From: an uncultured Gemmatimonadales bacterium
Lineage (GTDB): Bacteria; Gemmatimonadota; Gemmatimonadetes; Gemmatimonadales; GWC2-71-9
DNA: 64,000 nucleotides
Direction: 5' to 3'
NCBI GenBank assembly: GCA_963825055.1
Contig: CAWGSK010000030.1
Location: 75,208-139,207, forward strand
How positions within the stretch are numbered: the first letter of the stretch is position 1; each line of letters opens with the position of its first letter. The notes under the pieces were generated by a model that was given only the letters and a program-made list of their open reading frames with translations, did no database searches and was not told where the DNA came from. The position numbers were made by a program, and so were the translations under genes. This document shows positions 49,787 through 59,361 of this stretch, piece by piece.

Positions 49787-50928
49787 CCCCGGGACGCTGA
49801 CCCGGCAAGAACGTCGGAGAGTTCCCCCAGCAACGCGTCGACATGCGGGACCTCAAGGTCACCCATGTGTCCGATGCGCAGCAGTTTGGGAGCCATCTCG
49901 TCCAGGCCGGTCCCGAGGGTCCAGCCGCGTTCGCGAAGCGCCTTCGCGATCTCCGTCGCCGGCGCGCCGCCCGTCACCTCCAGGGCCGATACAGCCCACG
50001 AGCGCCGTCCTTCCCGCGCGAAGAAGCGCACCTGCGGCTCCTCCACCTGCCAGCGCTCCACGGCCAGCTGCATCTCGTGGTGCCTTCTCCAGCGTGCCTC
50101 GACACCCCCCTCGGCGGAGATCCGCTCGAGCTGGCGGTGCAGGGCGAAGAACTGCGGCATGGCTGGCGTCTGCGTCGGCTGGTTCCGGCGGGCCGCGACG
50201 TCATGAAGCAGGACATCGAGGTACCAGCCGCGCGCGGCCACCTGGCGCGCGCGTTCGCGCATCCGCTCGCTGGCCACGGCCAGGGCGATCCCTGGCGGCA
50301 CCGCCAGCGCCTTCTGGCTTCCGGTGAAGATGAAGTCCAGGCCCCATGCGTCGGTCTCGACTGGTGAGGCACCGAGCGACGTCACCGCGTCGACCAGGAT
50401 GAGGGCATCGGACCGCGCCCGGATGACGCGGGCGAGGTCGTCCAGCGGGGCCAGCGCACCGGTGGAGGTCTCCGAGTGCACGATGGTGACCGCATCCACC
50501 TCCGGCCCGTCGAGGAACTGCTCGAGCGACTCGGGTTCGATCGTCTCGCCGGGATGCACCGAAACCCGCACGACTTCCTTGCCACAGGCCATCGCCACTT
50601 TGGCGAACCGGTCGCCGAAGTAGCCGCCGTCCACCACCAGCACGCGTTCGCGCACACCGCAGCGCACCGCGGCTTCCATGAACCCGGTCGCCGAGCTGGT
50701 GGCCAGCAGGACCGGCTGTTCCGTCCGGAAGAGCGCCCGGAGGGGCTCCTGCATCCCGCCAAGCATCGCCTCCATGCCGGGGCTCCGGTGGGACATCACC
50801 GGATGGTCCATCGCCGCCACTACGTCAGGGTGCACCTCCGTCGGGCCAGGGAGAAAGAAGCGCCCGAACGGCTGGCGTTCCCGGGAGGTACTGGCTGGAG
50901 GGCGGGGACCTGCGGTGGGGTGTGGCAT
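49783..50928 (-). CDS. Class V aminotransferase (alanine-glyoxylate/serine-pyruvate type)
   Basis: FLPGPT, SHR, HSETSTG, DAVTS, GSQKAL, RIGHMG. Confidence 0.92.
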   Translation of the reverse strand: MPHPTAGPRPPASTSRERQPFGRFFLPGPTEVHPDVVAAMDHPVMSHRSPGMEAMLGGMQEPLRALFRTEQPVLLATSSATGFMEAAVRCGVRERVLVVDGGYFGDRFAKVAMACGKEVVRVSVHPGETIEPESLEQFLDGPEVDAVTIVHSETSTGALAPLDDLARVIRARSDALILVDAVTSLGASPVETDAWGLDFIFTGSQKALAVPPGIALAVASERMRERARQVAARGWYLDVLLHDVAARRNQPTQTPAMPQFFALHRQLERISAEGGVEARWRRHHEMQLAVERWQVEEPQVRFFAREGRRSWAVSALEVTGGAPATEIAKALRERGWTLGTGLDEMAPKLLRIGHMGDLEVPHVDALLGELSDVLAGSASRG

Positions 50929-51599
50929 CAGCCGACCACCTTTTCCTTCAGGTAACCGTCCAGCACGCCGTCCTCGATGATCTCGTCTGCCGTGACCAGC
51001 CGCACGCCCTCTTCCCCCCAGGCCTTGAGCAGGTGCTCGGCCTGGTCGGGCACGATGGCCCGGGCTGCATCCTTCACGAAGTAGAGCCGCGTGTGCGGGC
51101 GGTGCTGGATCAGGCCTTCCACGGCGTACCGGTCGCAAACGTCGAGTGCCACGCCGTAGAGCACGATCGCTTCCGGATTCATGGCATGGACCGCGGGGAG
51201 CACGTTGGGGTTCGAGAAGACATCGAAGCGGTGCTTGTGAAATAGGATGTCGCCGCTGTGCGCCAAAACCTGCCCGGCGATCTCCTGCGGATCCTGCAGG
51301 TCAGGCTCGATGACCAGCGGGTTCTCCAGCCTGGTGGCCTCGATCTTCCGCTGGCCCGGAGTTCCCCGCAGGCAGTGCGGCGGAAACGTCTCCCGGAAAT
51401 CCGGCGTGTCGCTCAACTCATCGTGACCGGCCACGTGGTCATCCGCGCTCGCGACAATGCGGATGTTCCGCTCGTGTGCCCACTGCGTCAGCCGCCGCAG
51501 GACCGGGATGAGGGATTCGCTGTCCGGCACATACAGCAGGCCGTCGGGCATCATGAAATCGTACTGGGTGTCCACGTCCCAGAAGATCAGCTGTCCCAT
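50928..51599 (-). CDS. pncA: Nicotinamidase/isochorismatase-family cysteine hydrolase
   Basis: DTQYDF, D.H, FPPHC, K, GVALDVC; adjacent to NAPRTase. Confidence 0.85.
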   Translation of the reverse strand: MGQLIFWDVDTQYDFMMPDGLLYVPDSESLIPVLRRLTQWAHERNIRIVASADDHVAGHDELSDTPDFRETFPPHCLRGTPGQRKIEATRLENPLVIEPDLQDPQEIAGQVLAHSGDILFHKHRFDVFSNPNVLPAVHAMNPEAIVLYGVALDVCDRYAVEGLIQHRPHTRLYFVKDAARAIVPDQAEHLLKAWGEEGVRLVTADEIIEDGVLDGYLKEKVVG

Positions 51600-51618
51600 C
51601 AACACCTCCTGTCAGCCA

Positions 51619-52674
51619 TCAGTCCACCCGGGAAAGCCGGGGGTTCGGGCGGAACTCCCGCCCGACCTTGGCACACGGCTCGCCCTCGCGGAGCACGACG
51701 TCGGCGGTGAAATCGAAGCGACCCTGGAAGAGCGACGACCCGACGCCATAGGCATCAACGGGCACGCCCTCGAGTTCGAAGGCACGGATCTTCTCCGCGT
51801 TGAACCCGCCGGACACCACGATACGCACGTGCTGGAAACCCTCGGCGTCCAGGGCGCGGCGCACGTTCCAGACGAGCTGTGGGCAGACTCCCGTCGGCTT
51901 GAAGCGCCCCATCTGCGGCACGACGGAACGATCCACCAGCATCTCGCTGGTGTCGATCCGGACGCCGTAGAGCCGTGAGCCCATGGCGCGCGCGCAGGCC
52001 AGCGAGGTGCCGACGCAGTCGTTCTCGAAGTCCACCAGGGTGACGAGCATGACGTCATCCGGAATGTACTCGGCGAATTTGCGGGTGGCGAGCACGGTGT
52101 CTCCCCCATACGCGGCGATCAGGGCATGCGGGACGGTTCCCACACCCTCGCTGCCCCACCATGAGGCCTGCGCGTCCGTGGACACCCCGATGGCGCCGGC
52201 AATGTGCGCGGCATAGCCATCGCCCGTCTGGACCATCCAGTGGTCATGCCGGGCAGGAAAGAACATCACCTGCCTTGGCGCGGCGGCATCCACCACCCGG
52301 CGGGTGTTGGTCCCCACCCTGGTCCGGCGGGCAAGGACACCGAGGTACAGCGTCTCGAGGTGGGCGAAGGCGTCGTACGGGCCCTCGATGAGCATGACCG
52401 TTTCCCAGGGGGCGATCTCGTCGCCTTCATGCAGGGCATGCACGGCGAGTTCATCCCACCCGATGGAGCACAGCTTGAGGATGGCAACCGCCTCGTCAAT
52501 CCCGCCGAGGTATGCGGCAGACTTGCCGAAGACCTGCATGGTCACCCGCGGGCGGGCGCCATCTCCCAGCAGGATTTCCCGGGCCCGCACGAAATATTTA
52601 TCGGAGTAGTAGCCTGCGGTCATCTTCTCGACCGGCAGGTTGAAGATGGCCGGGTCGAGGCGCTTCCGGCCCAT
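51619..52674 (-). CDS. pncB: Nicotinate phosphoribosyltransferase (QPRTase-like fold)
   Basis: SDKYF, FPARH, GTVPHAL, LVDF, VRIDTS, VSGG, YGVGS. Confidence 0.8.
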   Translation of the reverse strand: MGRKRLDPAIFNLPVEKMTAGYYSDKYFVRAREILLGDGARPRVTMQVFGKSAAYLGGIDEAVAILKLCSIGWDELAVHALHEGDEIAPWETVMLIEGPYDAFAHLETLYLGVLARRTRVGTNTRRVVDAAAPRQVMFFPARHDHWMVQTGDGYAAHIAGAIGVSTDAQASWWGSEGVGTVPHALIAAYGGDTVLATRKFAEYIPDDVMLVTLVDFENDCVGTSLACARAMGSRLYGVRIDTSEMLVDRSVVPQMGRFKPTGVCPQLVWNVRRALDAEGFQHVRIVVSGGFNAEKIRAFELEGVPVDAYGVGSSLFQGRFDFTADVVLREGEPCAKVGREFRPNPRLSRVD

Positions 52675-52869
52675 CAGCTCCCTCCCGTGAGGGGGCGAGA
52701 TACCATGGAATCTCCGGGTTTCTCCGGCCGGTGGTGCCCGCGGTGCCATGGCGGCCGGGTCCGGAAGTTACGGGCGAGCGGGGAGCGGGACAAGTTGACA
52801 ACCCTGCGCGACTCCGCCTAAATCCCCTTTCCGAAGCGGTTCCGTCCACCCCCCTGCCGGAGCTAGCCC

Positions 52870-53922
52870 GTGTCTGATCAAGTCTCGCGGCGTCACTTCC
52901 TCGGAGCCACCGGGGCCGCCATGGTTGCCGGTACTCTTCCCCTCTCCATTGCTGATGCTTCACGCTTCCCCGCGCCCGCGGTCCTGCGCCGTCCACCGGC
53001 GAACCCGGTTGCCGTGGCCTCCGCGAACGGCATCAGGGGCGTCGCGCGCGCCGTGGACCTGATGGCCCAGGGCACCGATACGCTGGACGCGGCGGTGGAG
53101 GGCGTGAAGATCCAGGAACTCGACCCGAATGACATGTCGGTGGGATACGGAGGGCTTCCCAACGAGGAGGGCATCGTGCAGCTCGATGCCTCGTGCATGC
53201 ACGGCCCCACGCGTCGCGCGGGGGCGGTCGCCGCGCTCGAGGGGATCAAGACTCCGAGCGAGGTCGCCAAGCTCGTCCTCAAGTACACCGACCACATCAT
53301 GCTCGTCGGGGAGGGTGCCAGGCGATTCGCCCTGAGCTACGGCTTCAAGGAGGAGGACCTGATGACCCCGGAGTCACGCCAGCGCTGGCTCATCTGGCGG
53401 GCAAACCGGGGCAAGGATGACGACTGGCTCGATGTCCCCGACAACGAACCGCTTGTCGTCCGCCCCACCGGGACCATCAACATGAATGTCGTCAATTCGA
53501 AGGGGGACGTGTCCTCCGTCACTACCACCAGCGGCCTGGCGTGGAAGATTCCGGGGCGGGCCGGGGATTCCCCCATCATCGGGGCCGGCCAGTATACCGA
53601 CAACGAAGTGGGCGCGGCGGGCAGTACCGGACGGGGGGAATCCAACATCATGGTGTGCGGGGCGTTTCTGACAGTCGAGTTCATGCGGCAGGGCAAGTCG
53701 CCCACCGACGCCGCCCTCGAGACATTGCGCCGGGTAATGGCCATGACCCCGCCCCGCCTGCTCCGGCCCGACGGGCGTCCGGATTTCTCGCTCAACTTCT
53801 ACGCCGTCAACAAGAAGGGCGAGTTCGGGGCCGCCTCCCTGTACCCCTCCCGCTATGCCGTGCATGACGGGCGTGAGGCGCGCACCCTGGATACGGCTTC
53901 ACTGTACGAGAGGAATCGCTGA
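52870..53922 (+). CDS. Glycosylasparaginase/isoaspartyl peptidase (Ntn hydrolase), Tat-exported
   Basis: SRRHFL Tat motif, SVGYGGLP, QLDASCM, GTIN nucleophile, KIPGRAGDSPIIGAG, STGRGE. Confidence 0.9.
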   Translation: MSDQVSRRHFLGATGAAMVAGTLPLSIADASRFPAPAVLRRPPANPVAVASANGIRGVARAVDLMAQGTDTLDAAVEGVKIQELDPNDMSVGYGGLPNEEGIVQLDASCMHGPTRRAGAVAALEGIKTPSEVAKLVLKYTDHIMLVGEGARRFALSYGFKEEDLMTPESRQRWLIWRANRGKDDDWLDVPDNEPLVVRPTGTINMNVVNSKGDVSSVTTTSGLAWKIPGRAGDSPIIGAGQYTDNEVGAAGSTGRGESNIMVCGAFLTVEFMRQGKSPTDAALETLRRVMAMTPPRLLRPDGRPDFSLNFYAVNKKGEFGAASLYPSRYAVHDGREARTLDTASLYERNR

Positions 53923-55052
53923 TGCACCCTCGCCGCCTTCTCTGCACGGCACTGCTCGCCCTTGGCTTCCTGCCCGGGGCCGCCGCCGCCCAGGACTGGC
54001 GGACCTGGTACTTCCCCTACCTGGCCTCCTCAGCCAACGATTTCCCGATGTACTCGGCACGGTTCAACGTCATCCAGCGCGAGCCGGACTACTTCTCCCC
54101 CCTGCCCAACCGCGCCATCCTGACGGTGGACGCGGGGGCCACGGCCAAGGGAAGCCGCCGGGCCATGGTGCGCTTCAAGGCGCCCGGCCTCCTGGAGGGG
54201 TGGCGGTTCGTGGGCGCCATCGCCGCCGAGCGCGAGGCGCGATTCGGCTACTACGGGCTGGGAAACGACACGGAATTCGACGAGGACCTGGCGAACGACA
54301 CCCAGCCGTTCATCTACCGGGTACGGCGCACCCGGTACCGGGCCTATGGCGAGGTCACCCGCTGGCTGGTACCGCACGTCGGGATCGCAGTGGCCGGGGG
54401 CGTCGAAAAGACCCGGTTCACCGACCTGCCCGGGCCCAGCATCTTCACTTCCAGCTACGGCTCGGAGCTCGAGGACGACGATGCGACCGGACGCGCCACG
54501 CTTGTGTACGACAGTCGGGACAACGAGTTCGACACCCATCGGGGCCTGCTGCTGGAAGCCGGCGTCCTGGGAGGAACGGGCGGCGACGGATACAGCCGGG
54601 TGCATGCCATCCTGCGGGGCTACATCCCCGTCCGTGAGGGGACCATTCTCGCCGCCCGCATTGGCGGAGCCAGCCTGTCAGGCTCACCACCGCTGAACGC
54701 GCTCTTCGAACTGCCGGTCTGGGAAGACGAACTGTCGGCACTGGGAGGCAACACGACATTCCGAGCCCTGGATGAGGGCCGGTTCGCGGGCCGGGGGACA
54801 CTTTTCGCGAACGTGGAAGTCCGGCATCATATCCTGGACGCCGGTGGTTACGGTGGCTTGACGGCGATCGCCTTCCTGGATGCCGGACGTGTCTTCGACA
54901 GCACCGACTTCACCATCACGACCAAAGACGTGAAGGTGGGCGGTGGACTGGGCCTGGCCCTCAGGATCCTCCGCAGCACCATCTTCACCTTCAACCTCGG
55001 CCGCGGCCCGGACGGAACCGAGTTCACCGTCGGCAGCGGCTGGATGTTCTAG
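53922..55052 (+). CDS. Omp85/BamA-TamA-like beta-barrel protein without obvious POTRA domains
   Basis: Signal peptide, YDSRDN, LGGNTTFRA...GRF, FLDAGRV, G.GLGL, terminal F. Confidence 0.8.
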   Translation: MHPRRLLCTALLALGFLPGAAAAQDWRTWYFPYLASSANDFPMYSARFNVIQREPDYFSPLPNRAILTVDAGATAKGSRRAMVRFKAPGLLEGWRFVGAIAAEREARFGYYGLGNDTEFDEDLANDTQPFIYRVRRTRYRAYGEVTRWLVPHVGIAVAGGVEKTRFTDLPGPSIFTSSYGSELEDDDATGRATLVYDSRDNEFDTHRGLLLEAGVLGGTGGDGYSRVHAILRGYIPVREGTILAARIGGASLSGSPPLNALFELPVWEDELSALGGNTTFRALDEGRFAGRGTLFANVEVRHHILDAGGYGGLTAIAFLDAGRVFDSTDFTITTKDVKVGGGLGLALRILRSTIFTFNLGRGPDGTEFTVGSGWMF

Positions 55053-55056
55053 CGGA

Positions 55057-55593
55057 TCAGGATGCCGCGCGATCCTGCCGCGGTGACAGCGGCCCCGCCA
55101 GCGCCAGAACTTCCCGCAATGTGGTTTCCCCGTGGTCACGGGCGTACCACCGCCGGACCAGCGGGTAGCGCTCCGCCTTGTCCATCGTATCCTGGCTGTT
55201 CATGACCCAGGCCTGCAGTTCCGCGGGGCGAGGGCCCCAGTGGCCCAGTTCCTGGAACGCGTCATCAAGCACGACCACGATTGGGATGGACCTGCTGCGG
55301 TCGGTGAGGTAGCGGTTCATCACCTCGGGGTGCTCATCCCGCCGCAGCAGGCGCAGCTCAACCCCTTCGGTTTCGTCCGCATAGCGCACGAGGTGGGGCA
55401 CAGTGTTCACCGCATCCCCACACCAGTCCTCGGCCAGCACCAGCAGTCGGAGCCGGTGGACGGGGGCGCCGGCCCAGGCCGGCAACCGGGAGAGCCGAAA
55501 GACCCCCTCCCAGAGCGGAATGTTCTTCGTGCTGCCCGCGAGGAACTGCTCGAATGTCAGCGCCTCATCCCAGAGGCGGCGAAAATCCAGCAT
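55057..55593 (-). CDS. Thioredoxin-like protein (WCGD type)
   Basis: AEDWCGDA, RDEH, RSIP, WGPRP. Confidence 0.88.
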   Translation of the reverse strand: MLDFRRLWDEALTFEQFLAGSTKNIPLWEGVFRLSRLPAWAGAPVHRLRLLVLAEDWCGDAVNTVPHLVRYADETEGVELRLLRRDEHPEVMNRYLTDRSRSIPIVVVLDDAFQELGHWGPRPAELQAWVMNSQDTMDKAERYPLVRRWYARDHGETTLREVLALAGPLSPRQDRAAS

Positions 55594-55691
55594 CACACTT
55601 CCCTGTAAGAACCACCATCAGAACCGTCGGCCCCCTCACGCGGTTCCCGGACGCGGGAAGAGCCGGAGCTGAACACCACGGCCCCGGCTCA

Positions 55692-55718
55692 CACTCGCTA
55701 CTCACTACTCACCACCAT
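55692..55718. repeat. 7-nt CACTACT-type repeat, single arm
   Basis: cact cgctact cactact caccacc directly after the stop at 55719 (minus strand). Confidence 0.55.
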
Positions 55719-56861
55719 TCACGTCTCCTTCACCTCGACCCCTCTTGCCTTCAGCTCGGCGACGTACGGACCGAATGGCATCGCCTCATCCGGCGTGTGG
55801 ACCCCACGGGCAGTCACGCGGCCGTCCGCCTGCATCAGGCCCGTGATGGCAAGGCTGTATCCGGTGGTGCGCATCATGGCGCTGATTCCGTGCTCTTCGT
55901 CGTAGAAGTCGAGCACCTGGAAGCCCGCCCGGGCCGGCTTGCCGTCCTTCTCGCCGGAAACCTCGACGCGGAGGGCCACGAGATCGTGCCCCTCCGGCTT
56001 GTACAGTTTGGGCTGGACCGCCGCGATGAAGGCATCCCGGGGCACCACCTTGTGCCCCTTGACCTCCACGGGCGTCTGGGAGAGCAGGCCGAGTTCGCGG
56101 ATGGAGTGCATGATGTCGGCGTGGCCGGGATAGCGGAGCGTCTTGTACTCCATGACGTCCACCTTCCCCTCGAACTCCCACGGCATGGTGCTGATGCCCC
56201 CTCCGGTGTGGAACGCCTCGAGCGTGCCGGCAGGCTGGGGGAACTCGATGTTCTCCAGTTCGCTCAGCGCCTCGACCTGCTTCCGCTTGCCTCCACGGAG
56301 GATCCAGGACGGTGTCGTGTAGTAGTCGAGCGCACCTTCCAGGCTGTAGACGATCTGGTAGTTGAGCGGCGGCTCGGGGTGCTGCGGAAGCCCCCCGACG
56401 TACACCTTGACCTTCCCGGTCCGGTCCAGCCGGCGGATGCCTTCCATGGCCAGGATATTCACCATCCCGGGCGCAAGGCCGCAGTCGGGAATGACCGAGA
56501 GGTCGCGTTCCACCGCTTCCTCATGCAACTTCTTCTGCTCGAAGACGATCTCGGTATTGCCCCCGAGGTCACAGTAGTGGATCCCAACCTCGACCGCGGC
56601 CTTCGCCATCTCGCCGTTGAAGTAGTATGGGATCGCGCTCATGGCAGTGACGTGCCCCGCCATGAGGGCCTTGAGCATCTCCCCCTGGGTCACATCGACC
56701 TGGGCGAGCGTGAGCTTCTTGCCGATATAGGGCTCGAGGAAGCGGGCGGGGCGGTCGACGTTCAGGTCTGCCAGGGTCACGGCATCGACATCGGCCGAAC
56801 GGCACAGATCGAACGCACAGGCCGATCCCTGCAGCCCCGCACCCAACACCAGAAAACGCAT
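55719..56861 (-). CDS. Saccharopine dehydrogenase family / lysine 6-dehydrogenase-like
   Basis: LGAGLQG, YCDLGG, DCGLAPG, VGGLP, YKTLRYPGH, SAMMRTTG. Confidence 0.9.
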   Translation of the reverse strand: MRFLVLGAGLQGSACAFDLCRSADVDAVTLADLNVDRPARFLEPYIGKKLTLAQVDVTQGEMLKALMAGHVTAMSAIPYYFNGEMAKAAVEVGIHYCDLGGNTEIVFEQKKLHEEAVERDLSVIPDCGLAPGMVNILAMEGIRRLDRTGKVKVYVGGLPQHPEPPLNYQIVYSLEGALDYYTTPSWILRGGKRKQVEALSELENIEFPQPAGTLEAFHTGGGISTMPWEFEGKVDVMEYKTLRYPGHADIMHSIRELGLLSQTPVEVKGHKVVPRDAFIAAVQPKLYKPEGHDLVALRVEVSGEKDGKPARAGFQVLDFYDEEHGISAMMRTTGYSLAITGLMQADGRVTARGVHTPDEAMPFGPYVAELKARGVEVKET

Positions 56862-56986
56862 GGACTTACCTCAAGGGAAAGGAAGGCGATTACGTGAGCG
56901 GGGGCAATCTACCCCGGAAGGCCGGGAGGATTCAACCAGCCCCGGTCGGCAGTCACCGCTTGTCCGGTCCGTTATAGATTGTTCCC

Positions 56987-57670
56987 ATGACGACTACTTC
57001 CCAGGGCGGACCCACGCCCGCAGCCCCGGCGGCCCCGGCCCCTCCGAAGCGGGACGGAGAGGCTACGCGCCAGCGGCTGATCCGCGCCGCGCTCGAGCTC
57101 TATACCGATGCAGGGTTTCTCGGGACCACCACACCGATGCTGGCCCAGCGGGCCGGGGTGGCCGAGGGTACAATCTACCGGCATTTCACGAGCAAGGAAC
57201 ACCTCCTCAACGAGACGTATCGCGGCGTCCAGCGGTGGGGAACCCGGCTGGTTCGAGAAGTCGAGGAAGACCGGAGCGCGAGCCCCCAGATCAGGCTCCG
57301 CCGGGCCGGGGTCCGGCTGCTGGAGTCGGCTGAGCGGGACCCGGCCGTGCTCCGGATGCTCTTCTTCCCTCCCCAGCACGCCCACCTGGACGAGCGCAGT
57401 CGCGACGCCTCCCGTGAATTCAGGGGAGCCATCCAGCAGGTCATCGCCATGGGCAAGTCCGACGGGGTCATCCGGGCGGGGCCGGCGGAACTCTGGGCCG
57501 CCCTGTGGCTCACCCTCGTGGAGTATGCGGTCCAGCGGGTCGGCACCAGGGAATGGACGCCCTCGCACCCGCAGGCCGTGCAGACGCTGGATGCCGCGTG
57601 GGATGCCATCGCGGGCCGCCCCGACACCGCCGTCGTTCCTCCCCCCGCCGATGGAGCCATGCACTCGTGA
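56987..57670 (+). CDS. TetR/AcrR family regulator
   Basis: TRQRLIRAALELY...AGVAEGTIYRHFTSKEHL. Confidence 0.92.
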   Translation: MTTTSQGGPTPAAPAAPAPPKRDGEATRQRLIRAALELYTDAGFLGTTTPMLAQRAGVAEGTIYRHFTSKEHLLNETYRGVQRWGTRLVREVEEDRSASPQIRLRRAGVRLLESAERDPAVLRMLFFPPQHAHLDERSRDASREFRGAIQQVIAMGKSDGVIRAGPAELWAALWLTLVEYAVQRVGTREWTPSHPQAVQTLDAAWDAIAGRPDTAVVPPPADGAMHS

Positions 57671-58416
57671 CACCCTGGGTCCTCCGCCTGATCCTCGCCA
57701 ACGTCTTCATGTTCATCCTCGCTCCGCCGGGCAGCCACATGCAGGCGGAGCTGATGCTGGTCCCCGCGGACATCGTGTCTCATCCGTGGACTCCCATCAC
57801 CTACATGTTCCTGCACGGGGGCCTGGGGCACATCTTCTTCAACATGCTCGCCCTGTTCTTCTTCGGCCCCAGGCTGGAGCTGCGCCTCGGCAGCCGGCAC
57901 TTCCTTGGCCTGTATTTCGTGAGCGGCCTGATGGGCGCGGCACTGTCGTTCCTGCTGGCGCCGCAGTCGGCCGTCATCGGCGCAAGCGGAGCCGTGTTCG
58001 GCGTCCTCGTGGCCTTCGCCAGATACTGGCCACGGGAGCGCATCTACATCTGGGCCATCCTGCCGATCGAGGCACGATGGCTGGTGGTCATCATGACCGG
58101 GATGGCCCTTTTTGCGGGCTTCAGCCCGGGACGCAGCACGATTGCCCACTTTGCCCACCTTGGGGGGTTCGCCGGCGGGCTGCTCTATATCCTGTGGATG
58201 GAGCGGAGTTCCCCGGGCCGCAGGTTCAAGAAGAAGACCGCGCCCCCGGCGGTCCGGGCCATCCGGCCCGAGCGATGGTCACGGATCAACCGTGATTCTA
58301 TGCACGAGGTCAATCGTGACGAACTCGATCGCATCCTGGACAAGATCAGCGGGTCCGGCCTCTCGAGCCTGACTCCGGGGGAACGGGAATTCCTCGACCG
58401 GTTCAGCCCCGACTGA
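57667..58416 (+). CDS. Rhomboid intramembrane serine protease with C-terminal DUF6576-like tail
   Basis: TYMFLH, HIFFNM, GASG, AHFAHLGG; LDRILDKISGSGLSSLT.GEREFL. Confidence 0.92.
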   Translation: MTPWVLRLILANVFMFILAPPGSHMQAELMLVPADIVSHPWTPITYMFLHGGLGHIFFNMLALFFFGPRLELRLGSRHFLGLYFVSGLMGAALSFLLAPQSAVIGASGAVFGVLVAFARYWPRERIYIWAILPIEARWLVVIMTGMALFAGFSPGRSTIAHFAHLGGFAGGLLYILWMERSSPGRRFKKKTAPPAVRAIRPERWSRINRDSMHEVNRDELDRILDKISGSGLSSLTPGEREFLDRFSPD

Positions 58417-58425
58417 CCGCAGGCC

Positions 58426-58451
58426 TGAAACGGACCTGCCCACGGGACGTA
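58426..58451 (+). promoter_or_regulatory. ECF (SigW-like) promoter candidate
   Basis: Exact TGAAAC-N16-CGTA, 45 nt upstream of ATG 58497. Confidence 0.5.
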
Positions 58452-58496
58452 GGTGTACGCACGACCGTCCCGTCCCCCGACATTCCGGAGCTTGCC

Positions 58497-59261
58497 ATGA
58501 CCCGCCGGCTATGGTCCGTGTTTCTCCTGTTTCTCCTCGCGCTGCCGGAGGCGGCCGGGGCGCAGATCCCCGACACTTACACCAATCTCAAGGTTCTTCC
58601 CCAGGACATCACCCGGGACCAGCTGGTCCAGACGATGCGCGGGTTCGCGATCGGGCTCGGGGTCCGATGCCACTTCTGCCACATGGGCGAGGAGGGGCAG
58701 CCATTCTCCGAATGGGACTTCGCCAGCGACGAGAAGCCGAACAAGCAGACGGCTCGCGTGATGCTTCGGATGGTCCAGGCGATCAACGGTGAGTACCTGC
58801 CCCAGATCGCTCACCAGAGCCATGGGGAGGCCGCCGAGCATGAGCATGAACACCTGCACGTGATGTGTGTAACCTGCCACCGCGGGCAGTCCCGCCCGTT
58901 CATGCTCGAACAGGTCCTGACCGAGGCGCTTGACCATGGCGGGGCCGACAGCGCGGTCGCCACCTACCACAGGTTGCGGGAGGAATACTACGGCGGGTTC
59001 ACGTACGACTTCCGGCAGGGCGTTCTGGCCGGCCTGGCCGTGAGCCTGGTCGCTGACTCCAACCCATCGGCCGCACTGCGAATGGCCGACCTCAACCTGG
59101 AGTTCTACCCCGAGTCCGCGAACACCTGGTATGCCCGTGGCACCGCCCACGAGGCCCTGGGGGACATCGCGGCCGCCCGCCAGGACTACGAACGGGCCCT
59201 GTCCATCGATCCGCGTCATCAGGGAGCCAGCCGACGGCTCTCGGCGCTCCCCGCCTCGTAA
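58497..59261 (+). CDS. Periplasmic diheme c-type cytochrome with TPR tail
   Basis: Signal peptide, NLKVL, LGVRCHFCH, ARVMLRM, CVTCHRG, C-terminal TPR. Confidence 0.85.
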   Translation: MTRRLWSVFLLFLLALPEAAGAQIPDTYTNLKVLPQDITRDQLVQTMRGFAIGLGVRCHFCHMGEEGQPFSEWDFASDEKPNKQTARVMLRMVQAINGEYLPQIAHQSHGEAAEHEHEHLHVMCVTCHRGQSRPFMLEQVLTEALDHGGADSAVATYHRLREEYYGGFTYDFRQGVLAGLAVSLVADSNPSAALRMADLNLEFYPESANTWYARGTAHEALGDIAAARQDYERALSIDPRHQGASRRLSALPAS

Positions 59262-59361
59262 CGGGCGCGGCACCGGATGTGACCGGGATCTTTGCGCGCA
59301 CACCCCGCCCCTGCCTACCATGGAGGCCGTATCCGGCCTCCACCCTCGGGATCAGGTCGTC

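Noticed and set aside
58497..59261. Evidence of phototrophy from the reaction-centre-cytochrome-like domain
   Set aside because: Only two hemes, fused to a TPR, and no puf/bch genes in the window
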